Assembly (NCBI RefSeq): GCF_006345805.1
Contig: NC_043002.1
Span: forward strand, 45,942,001-46,006,000
DNA: 64,000 nucleotides
From: Octopus sinensis
Lineage: Eukaryota
Reading direction: 5' to 3'
Shown: positions 54,028 to 64,000 of the stretch, piece by piece
Layout of the letters: every line of letters begins with the position of its first letter
How positions within the stretch are numbered: position 1 is the stretch's first letter
Notes under the pieces: model-generated
What the model saw: the letters and a program-made list of their open reading frames with translations, nothing else
What the model was told of the DNA's origin: nothing
Databases searched by the model: none
Translations under genes and position numbers: made by a program

Positions 54028-54452
54028 CTAGAAAATTATAGACCAGACATAACAGTAAAAGACAACGAAAAGCGAAGTTGCTTACTACTTAATCTATCAT
54101 GTTCGTTTGATTCCAGGATCATAAAGAAAGAGGACAAAAAAAAAAATACAATCCCTTAAAATTTGAAATTGCAAGAATTTGGAGTATGAAAACTGTAATG
54201 GTTGTGCTTATAATTACTGGTGCATTGGGTACTGTGAGCAAAGATATAGACAAATGGTTAAAGGAGGTTGGAATAGAATACTCTGTAGAGCTTCTATAGA
54301 AAGTTTGCCCCTTAGAGACAGGATAGATTATCAGGAAGGTTCTAAGGACTTGAAAGACTATTAAAAGCTTGTGGATACCTGAGGTTACAGGTAGTTACCC
54401 ACTACCCATATAAATCCTACTAATATTAAGACTGAACCTGAGTCAAATCAGT
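54028..54452 (+). mobile_element. R4/Dong-type non-LTR retrotransposon 3' fragment (restriction-like endonuclease) in (AAT)n
   Basis: Reads NYRPDITVKDNEKRSCLLLNLSCSFD...KY.PLKFEIARIWSMKTVMVVLIITGALGTVSK, the typical REL PD...D and GALG motifs. Begins directly after (AAT)n. Confidence 0.8.
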
Positions 54453-54456
54453 AATA

Positions 54457-54928
54457 ATGGTTTCAAATTTTGGTGCAGGGTCAATGGTTTTTGAAGGGAG
54501 GGGTAAGTCGATTACATCAATTCCAGTACTTGATTGGTACTTATTTCATGGCCCCTGAAAGGGTGAAAGGCAAAGTTGACCTCAGCAGAATTTAAACTCA
54601 GAATGTAAAGAGCCACAAAAAATGCCACGAAGCCATTTGTCTGGAGCAGTAATGAATTTGTTTGCCAACTGCCTTAAGAATAATAATAATCTTTTCTACT
54701 AAAGGCACAAGGCCTGAAATTTGGGGGAAGGGGACTAATTGATTACATCGACCCAGTGTTTCATTGGGACTTAATTTATCAACCCCAAAAGGATGAAAGG
54801 CAAAGTCAACCTTGGTGTAATTTGAAGTCAGAATGTAAAGACAGCCGAAATACCACTAAGCATTTCGCCCGGCATGTTAACAATTCTGCAAACTCACCAC
54901 CTTAATAATAATAATGATGATGATGATG

Positions 54929-54975
<47 letters not shown>

Positions 54976-55199
54976 CATCATCATCCTTTCTAATATAGGC
55001 ACAAGGCCTGAAATTTCGTGGAGAGTGGGTTAGTCAATTATATCAGCCCAGTGCTCAACTGGCACTTATTTTATCGACCCCGAAAGGATGAAAAGTAAAG
55101 TTGACCCCAGTGGAATTTGAACTCAGAACGTAGCAATGGTTAAAATACCACTAAGCATTTTACCTGGCATGCTAATGATTCTGTCAGCTTGCTGCCTTC

Positions 55200-55242
<43 letters not shown>

Positions 55243-55451
55243 CTTCAAATTTTGCTTCAAGGGCAGCTATTTTGGGGGAGGGGATGAGTTGATTACATTG
55301 ACCCCAGTGTTTCACTGGTACTTAATTTATCAACCCTGAAAGGATGAAAGCAAGGTCAACCCCTGTGGAAATTGAAGTCAGAATGTCAAGACGGGTGAAA
55401 TACTGCTAAGCATTTTGCCCAGCCTGCTAGCAATTCTGCCACCTCACCACT

Positions 55452-55453
<2 letters not shown>
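54457..55453 (-). mobile_element. Four head-to-tail copies of tRNA-derived SINE family B separated by (AAT)n; more than 15 other copies in the window
   Basis: Unit GAGCTGGCAGAAT...GAGTTCAAATTCC...GCCTTTCATCCTTT...GGCCTTGTGCC at about 54457, 54690, 54985 and 55243. Confidence 0.85.
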
Positions 55454-55497
<44 letters not shown>

Positions 55498-55877
55498 TAA
55501 TAATAATAATGTTTATGATATTTTTATTGGCTCTAGAGACCTAAGAGGGCATAGTACAAAGACAAGATATGATACAATGTGGTGGTAGTTGGGGAGGATT
55601 GTGTTAAGTAAAAAGGAAAGTAACAACAAATGGTAACAACATTGATGAAGAAGAAAGAGAGTAAGAAAAAAGAGAAGGAAAAGAAGAAAGAGGAGGAGGA
55701 AGAGAAGAACTATTTCTTTATCAGCAGAAATAATAGCAATAACAATAAATACATAAGCAATTTGTGCAGAATGCAAACTATTGATCCATTGATCCATTCT
55801 GAAACTGCATATTTTAAAACACAGAACTAAGAAATGAATTATAATTGTTGTACAGAGTGTATGGAATGGCGGTTGGT

Positions 55878-55987
<110 letters not shown>

Positions 55988-56599
55988 TGTGATGTGATGT
56001 GTGCATTTGATGCCAATTATTTTGATATGGTTTTTATTACACAGAAAACAGAAAATGCAACGAAGCTAGACAAAAGAATGTTTCGTGTCATTGAAATAAC
56101 AATAGAAAGAGCAGTTAGCCATGAAAAACAATTGGATCTCCCTTTTCTCTCAGTATCTCTGTAGTTCTCTCTGGATAAATGCAAAGACACACATAGACAC
56201 ATGCACCCCATTCTCTTACACACTCTATCTCTCTATCACACTCACACACGAAGAACATTCCACTCCATCTTAATATTAAAATTCTTCTCACTTGGATAAA
56301 TTAAATAAAGGAAGATGACTTAGTTGATACAATGAACCAAGTTAATTTTCTTTTTCAATTTCTAATACTGAAACTCATTTAAACTAAGTATTAGTGTGGG
56401 TTTATAATTCAGGCCCCAAAATTCAAACAGTGAAAAAAGGGAACAGTTGATTAAATCAATCCCAGTTCATAACTGGTATCTGTTTTAACATCACTAGAAG
56501 ACAGACACTTATTTATAGCATAGCTTTATTTTCTTACAGTTTTAAGGCATTTTACCATTTCTAAAACTGAGAACCCAAATAAAGTATTTAGATGGTGAC

Positions 56600-56720
56600 T
56601 TGCCTTGTTGCAGTGTCAGATGATGTCCATGAATGTGCCTGGTTGTTCAAATGTCTTAACCTTGCCATTGCTCGTGGTAATTCTGTGAGCATATTGGCTT
56701 TCTTCAGTTGGTTCTGTTGA
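56600..56720 (+). mobile_element. CRE-clade non-LTR retrotransposon 3' fragment
   Basis: Reads ECAWLFKCLNLAIARGNSVSILA, resembling the CRE C-terminal consensus LFQRLSLAIxRGNA. Confidence 0.6.
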
Positions 56721-57653
56721 ACCTTGTGGTGTGTGACCAATTGAGGTATTTAGTGTTGAATTGGTGTTTTTTCTTTCTTTTACTTTCTTTCTTCCTCTTT
56801 TTTCTTTTCTTTAATTTTTTTTCTTTCTTCACTCATGTTTATGCTTTCTTCAGTTTTGGATTTGTATTTTAATGTGGCTGTGTATTATATATGTATCACA
56901 AACATACATGTTTTATATGTAATTATTTTCTCTGTTGGTAACGAAAAACAAGATACTGAAATGTATTCTGAATTGATTTGAAATGATTTTGAAATAGAAT
57001 GATCCTAACTATGGGCTGAACTGGTTATCAGACAATCTTCCATAAACCACAATTGTCTTTAAGGCTGGTGCTTTACTTTGCTTTCAATAGTATTGACACT
57101 CTGGATATGATTCTAGTCTTTACCATGGAGCCTTGAAAGAAATATTGCTAAGTATTTTGTCTGGTGTGCTAATGATTCTGCCAGCTCACTACCTTATTTG
57201 AAAATATAATAATGTTTGGGAAAAAATAGAAGGTAGAAGGAGGAGAGAGAGCAACAAAAGAGAGACTGGTTGAAGGATATTACAATATAGACTAGGATGA
57301 AAACATCAGAGTGTATAAAGAAAGTCCAAGACTAAGAAGGATAGAAAGAATTGGAAACAGAAAGTTAAGCAAGTACCCCAATTGTAGAATTGGTATCTTT
57401 TGCTTGTTTCAGTCACTGGACTGTGGCTATGCTGGAGCACTGCATTGAAGGGTTTAGTCTGAAAGATTGACTCTAATACTTATTTTTTATAAAAGTCTGG
57501 AACTTATTTTCTTGGTTTCTTTTGCGGAACCTCCTAAGTTATGGGAGACATAAACAAAATAACACTGGTTGTCAAAGTGGTGGGAGGAAAAACTACAAGG
57601 ACATAGACATACGTTGGCATACATATACATGCCATCATATACATTCACACACA

Positions 57654-57713
<60 letters not shown>

Positions 57714-57845
57714 TACACACAATCTCTCTCGTTCCTTCTCCCCCCCTCTCTCTATATATATATATCATCAGTGGATCATATTTCTGAAAAAGAAGCACAC
57801 TCTAAAAGTTAGAGCTGTAATATATGTAAATATATGTCTGGTCAT

Positions 57846-57971
57846 AGAGTGACCAATGGTTTTGTATCCATAAAGTGCTTAGCTTTATAGATGACTCACC
57901 AGAATCCAATGGCTGCAGCCATTGGAGTCTGAAGAGTTGTCTATAAAGCTAAGCACTTTGTGGATGCGAAA

Positions 57972-57973
<2 letters not shown>
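57846..57973. ncRNA. Inverted pair of hammerhead motifs forming a palindrome centred on CTGCAG
   Basis: Plus 57924-57973: GGAGT-CTGAAGA-stem II-C-GAAA-C, then cut by (TA)n. Minus 57846-57907: GGATT-CTGGTGA-stem II-C-AAAA-CCATTGG-TC-ACTCT. Confidence 0.6.
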
Positions 57974-58027
<54 letters not shown>

Positions 58028-58747
58028 TATATACATGCATATATGTACATACCTACATATATTTGTATATATACAAGCATATATGGGTACAGGACATCAA
58101 AAAAACATGAACAAAATGAGAAACGAGAACATGAAAAACAGACGTTTTTTTTTTCGAACAATGAAAAAAACAAATAGAGAAACGAGACAGGCAACATAAA
58201 GAACAATCCCTTCATCAGTTCTCCCCTGTTTTATCTACTCTGTGTTTCGATGTAGCGACTTCATTAAAATAGTCGTTTCCACAAAGCAAATTTAAAAATT
58301 TGGGATTTGCAGAGGGTTAAAGTAGTGACAAAAACAGGACAGTGAGAACAAAACAGTAAAAACAAACGGTAAGGGCTGTTAAGCCATAATGAGGTGAAGT
58401 AGTGAATGCTGGAGAAACGAGCTTTGAGAAGAGACAGAAATCCTGTTCTGTCTGTCTTCTTTCCTCTCTCTGTTTCTCTCTCTGTCCCCCTCTCTCTCTA
58501 CTCTTTTACTCTTTTACTCTTTCACTTGTTTCAGTCATTTTGACTGTGGCTATGCTGGAGCACTGCCTTTAGTCGAGCAAATCAACCTCCAGGACTTATT
58601 CTTTGTAAGCCTAGTACTTATTCTATTGGTCTCTTTTGCCGAACCACTAAATTACAGGAACGTAAACACATCAGCATCGGTCATCAAGCGATGATGGAGG
58701 GAAAAAACACAGACACAAACATACACACACACATACATACATGCATG

Positions 58748-58780
<33 letters not shown>

Positions 58781-58830
58781 GTATGTATATATATATATGT
58801 ATGTTTGTATGTATATATATATGTATGTAG

Positions 58831-58870
<40 letters not shown>

Positions 58871-58872
<2 letters not shown>

Positions 58873-59317
58873 CAATAATAATTCTCTAAACGAGATATAG
58901 ACAGTAACTGCTCCATAACATAAGGGACGTTAGCCATCCGAATGTGAACGTCCCTTATGTTATGGAGCAGTTACTGTCTATATCTCGTTTAGAGAATTAT
59001 TATTGCTGTCGAGCAGATTTTCTACATCAGTAAAGGTATTTACTGTGAAAATCTTTATATAGATAGCCTGCACAGAGAGTCGTTCGTCGAGGGGCGGTGC
59101 CTGCCATACATTGATAATAGGCAAACACCTTGAAACCTGGGTCCGTATGTGGCATCTGCTTCTTCGGGGAATGATCTCCCTTTGCAGGCTAGAGGACGCC
59201 GTGATGGCGTCAGCCCTCCTGGTGACGTTGATGATCGCCTGGGGCTACATGCATCAGTAACACCCCCACCGCCCTGCCCTGTCCCTAGCCACATTCGGAT
59301 GGCTAACGTCCCTTATG

Positions 59318-59321
<4 letters not shown>
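58871..59321. repeat. Double fold-back element between (TA)n tracts
   Basis: 58871-58931 pairs with 58947-59007. 58915-58946 also pairs with 59290-59321. Confidence 0.88.
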
Positions 59322-59575
<254 letters not shown>

Positions 59576-59872
59576 TCTTGCCTAATGTGCCATGCAATGG
59601 GACTGAACCTGAAACCACATGGTTGCAAAGCGAGCTTCTTAACCACACAGCTATGCCTGCATCTGTGGGTACAATTTAAATTATTGAAAGAACTAAATCT
59701 ATCATCTGGGAAGCATTAGTACTATTTAAAGGAAGCTGAAGATTGAATGAAACTCACTTTTCATATGTGGTTTGGCAAATCTTACCTGAATTGCTAGAAT
59801 AGATGACCTCTTTAAAATGCCATCAGTGAAAGAAATTGTTTAGAGTGTTTTTTTTCTTCTTTTGTTAATACA

Positions 59873-60094
59873 TGAGGGTATGCTGAAAAGTTCCTTGCTT
59901 TAAAGGTATTGTGAAAGGCTTGGTTTCAGGCCCAACCTTCCGAGTCCTTTTTCAGGATTTAGAAAAACTGAAGGACCAGTGTAATAAGTGTGTGAAACCA
60001 AGAGGTGTATATGTTGAATAAAATCATAATTAACTGATCCTCCTGACTTTTTTTTTCTTTTACCCAAATCCAGGTACTTTTCAGCACCCCCTCA
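59873..60094. mobile_element. Mariner-type MITE
   Basis: Same TIR family as 6254-6465. Confidence 0.7.
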
Positions 60095-60354
60095 TAGTTG
60101 AACTATAGTTTAAAGAGTGGTCTGTCTATCACCATTACATTATATTTTCTCCTGTAACGTATTCAGAACTGTATTGTTTAGTTAGTATTGTTCTTTGTTC
60201 TTTAAAGTGGTAGGGTTTGATTTGAGGAAGTTTTGGCTCTTAATTCTAGCTGATCAAGCAATCACATAGGATTTTTTCCCCTCATTGGTTTGCAAGATTT
60301 ACAAGAAACTTTGGTCAGCTGTAATAATGTTGATGTCAAAAACAGCCTCTGTTT

Positions 60355-60822
60355 CATTGTGATGATGATAATGATGATGACAGTGATGGTGTTGGTGGTG
60401 ATGTTGATGACAGTGATTATGATGACGATAATGATAATGATGATGACAATGAAGTTGATCATTAGCATTAACACACTACCAGCACCAGCATCAACACCAC
60501 CACCACCTCCATTATAATTGATGCTGCTGCCATTGCCATGCTACTGTCATTGCCACCACCATCGCCACCACCACCACCACTGCCGCTGCTGCCACCACCA
60601 CCACCACTGCCGCTGCTGCCACCACCACCACCACTGCCGCTGCTGCCACCACCACCACCACCGCCGCCACCGCCGCCGCCGCTGCCACCACTACCACCAC
60701 CACCACCACCACCACTACCGCCACCACCACCACTACCGCCACCACTACCACTGCTACAACGACCACCACTACCACCACTACTACTGCCACCACCACCACC
60801 GCTACAACCACCATCATCACCA
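60355..60822. repeat. Compound (GAT)n and (CCA/CCG/CTA)n trinucleotide microsatellite
   Basis: Direct inspection. Source of the spurious poly-P, poly-H and poly-G ORFs. Confidence 0.92.
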
Positions 60823-61541
60823 ATTCCGTCTTCCATACTAGCATGGTTTAGAACACATTGGTATAGGTTGTCACAAATCTACATCAACTTGCAAATATAG
60901 AAACAGAGAAAACAGGTCATCTTTGTTGTGATGTATGTCTTATACACTGGATGTGTTTTGTCATGCCACCAGTACTAGAGAAATTATTTTGGCATATCAA
61001 GCTAATACATAATATATGATGATAAATGTGTTTTTTTTTCCTCTTGTTCCATTATTTTTTTTTATATTCTTTTTACTCTCTATGTTTACATACAAGATTA
61101 GAGTAAATACCATGGCTTTGAGACTGGAAGCTTATATAAATTTAATCCATAGCAATGCAACCATTTAAAGATGAAGCAAACAACTTTACTTCAGTTCATT
61201 TTACCTAGTTGTAAAAAAAATAGACTCTGCTGAAAAATAAGTAATGTTTTCTTAATGACAGATATGTAAGGAAGACTTTCAGGTCTGAAACATGTTATTA
61301 ACTGCTAGACTTTTGTAGCCATTTGTAACTCCTCTCAGTTTTGTTGTGAGAAGTGTCAAATGTTTCTAAGCATTTGTCCACCACAAAATTTACAATTACA
61401 AGATGTCTCCATAATTTTTTTTAATCTATGAATGCATTAGGTATATTTTTATCATAGGCAAGTTATTTAGATTATTCATGTTTCTGATATTTATTCTCAC
61501 AGTTTTGTACATTTATATTTCAATGTAGAATATGATGAATA

Positions 61542-61668
61542 ATGACACATAAAACTGTGACAAACCTTCAGACTGTGAAACAGACCCATGGTGGAGGCTT
61601 TCTCGTCAGGAAGGTGATTGGAGGAAGTATATCATCATGTGATCCTTTCATCATGTTGGACCACATAG
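61542..61668 (+). CDS. Pirin-family (cupin) protein, first coding exon
   Basis: ATG at 61542 with an in-frame TGA at 61536. Reads [43 protein letters not shown], containing the pirin G.GF.VR and DPF..LD motifs. Donor TAG|gtaatg, phase 1. Acceptor ctcacag ending at 61502 implies an upstream 5'UTR exon. Confidence 0.9.
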
Positions 61669-62592
61669 GTAATGTTATTTATTAATTATTATGTTTTTTA
61701 AAATATTTTGTCTGTTAGCTCATGTAAAATATACTTGAATCCCTTTGACGCTACCTTGCTTGGGAACACTTCTATTCTATGATATTTAACAACTCTTTTA
61801 AAAGCTAATATTTAAATTGAAACCTTTCATCATTATTGTAAGAACATGCTTTTATGTTATGTCTCAGACACCAGATTAATAATGAAGAAATTTACCTTTT
61901 ATTTTACAAACTCTCTCCAAATTCTTTATCTTTAAAATCAATTGAAAAAAAATAGGCAATGTATTTTGTTAAAAGTATGGCTATAAAAGGTTGAAGAATT
62001 AGTGTAGCATGTGTAGCAGATCTTTCCTCTACCCCAATTATCAAAATTTTCATAAAGAACTAATGAAGTTTTGGCAGATTGAGTAATGACGTCAGCAAAA
62101 ATCTGACCAATGCAAACATCTTCCAGATTTTTTAGTGATGACATCAGCACAAATCTGTCCAATCAAATTCATTCTGAAGTGTATTAAAACAGCAGATTTA
62201 CAGAGACAGACAGACAATAGCAAACTGGTGTGAATGATAGATAGAGTGAATGAGAGACAAGAGCAAAGAATGCATTCATGCATTCACATGAGGCACTATT
62301 TGCTATCATATCCACCAAATATGACTGTCATTCATTCATTCCTCCTCTCTCTTCCTCTCTGTCTGTGTGTCTTTCTCATCCAGAAATAATCACAGAAAAT
62401 GCCCAACCAAGTTTATGGATAGAACTCTGTGATGCTATTCTTTTATCATTCTTTAGTCCACCACATCCCAAACAAACTTTTAGCAATAAACGGATGATGA
62501 ATCAAAAATGAATGACTACTCTTCTCATTTATGCCATCCATCTTAATGTTATACTGTGATAATATTTCTTTAACATGAAATGAATTATAGAT

Positions 62593-62660
<68 letters not shown>

Positions 62661-63658
62661 GAGTTAAGGAAATTTATGAATATGTTGTTATAATGATATA
62701 AGAGAGAATTATTGATGTACATCATGTTTTTTGTGTGTGTGGCAATTATTCGATAATACAACATGTTCTGCATGATTTGAAATGACTATTCATAATGAAT
62801 CCCCCTAAAAAAAGAATCATGTTGAATTCCTGTAAAGACTTTATTTCTTTAACATCACTTAGTGCAGTAAATGTATGCAGAGTGTTAATGAATGGACAAT
62901 AGGATGTTTTTGGTAATTTGAATTGAAATATATGTCCTCAAAAGCCAAACAGTTTTTTTGTTTAGCCAATAATTAACAGGCGACAAAAATAACTAGATGT
63001 ATTTGTAAGAATATGGGAGTGAATTAAGTTTATTAATGCTTTGATAATTACTTTTACATCAATAAAAATTTATGAGGCATGTAATATTGAAAACTGTATA
63101 GAACTTTTACCTGTAAGTCATATATTTAATGTCTTACAAATTATTTTATTAAAGTAAATGGTTGTAACATATATGAACGGAAATGTGTTTTGAAATTGGT
63201 TTGAGATATTGTAAAATATGATAGTATTTCTCAGGATTTAGTTATCCATTTGAGTCATAAAATAACTTTGGGCCTCTGCATAGTTGCTCAGCTTGCTGTA
63301 AATAGCAATGCAGTGAAGTTTTCCTCAAATTTTTTCTTACCATCTTCAAAAAAACGGAAGAATAAATTGGATTATGTAGCCCTAGGTACTGCTAAAAAGA
63401 CAGTAAAGTCATGGCTAGAATGCTTTTGATCAGAGGTTTGCTGAACCTCTGCTGATCTGAGGATGAATACCAAAAAGCAACAAAAACAAAATAGATTTTA
63501 ATGTTAACTTTAAAAAAATGTAATTAATTTAAAAATATATTCTTGTAAATTCTAAACTTTCCTGAAAATTATTGGATAAAATAAAATGAGATGAAGTAAA
63601 TAATTGATTTGTACAAAGTTTTGAAAAGTACTTTCCCTAAATATGTTTTTGTTGTTAG

Positions 63659-63781
63659 GTCCAGTGGATTATAAACCTGGTGAAGCTGTTGGTGCTCCTG
63701 ACCATCCACATAGAGGTATTGAGATCATTTCCTACATCATTGATGGAAGTCTGACACATGAAGATTCTGCAGGAAACAAAG
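63659..63781 (+). CDS. Pirin-family protein, second coding exon (metal-binding HPH motif); gene continues beyond the window
   Basis: Acceptor tttttgttgttag|GT and donor AAG|gtgata. Phase 1 to 1: [42 protein letters not shown], matching the pirin signature PxHPHRGxE...Y...G...H.DS.GN.G. Confidence 0.92.
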
Positions 63782-64000
63782 GTGATAATAATTTTGAATA
63801 CCAGTAAAATTTATTGTAACTAAATCAAATTCTTCATGCAATCAGTGATTGGGCAGCCTTGACAGCCAGCATCTCTGTGGTCGTTTGTTCAATCATTGTC
63901 TGCTGCCTTGTTAGTACATGCTGTCTATAAGCTTTAAATGTTGGACAAACCCTATACAGAATGTCGATTAGACCACTGACCAGTTCCTCTAGTTGGTGTC

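Noticed and set aside
58200-58276. Minus-strand CTGATGA and GAAAC motifs
   Set aside because: Order and stems do not give a convincing hammerhead. At best a heavily decayed PLE end.
60468-60900. Poly-Pro (formin FH1-like), poly-Gly and poly-His ORFs
   Set aside because: Several frames are open only because of a (CCA/CCG)n microsatellite. There are no splice signals or flanking domain.

Overview
AT-rich, microsatellite- and transposon-dense animal DNA. The SINE and RTE families look like those of Octopus (cephalopod), which is an inference from recalled repeat sequences. Two spliced + strand genes could be assembled by hand from GT-AG sites with consistent phases. The first is the last six coding exons (8245-20036) of a coiled-coil protein with a weak CENP-U-like signature. 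The second is the first two coding exons (61542-63781) of a pirin-family protein whose motif looks more bacterial than like vertebrate PIR. Almost all entries in the ORF track are spurious. The rest is a young 5'-truncated RTE LINE, remnants of mariner, RTE, CR1, R4/Dong and CRE elements, MITEs (Tc1/mariner, piggyBac, hAT), Helitron-like elements and many SINEs. The most striking unannotated signal is a set of (TA)n-anchored, often fold-back elements carrying type I hammerhead ribozyme motifs. These include a ~907-bp near-perfect palindrome with one hammerhead per arm and a diverged homologue 32 kb away with compensatory base changes. They are most likely Penelope-like retroelement termini with unusual catalytic-core and cleavage-site variants.
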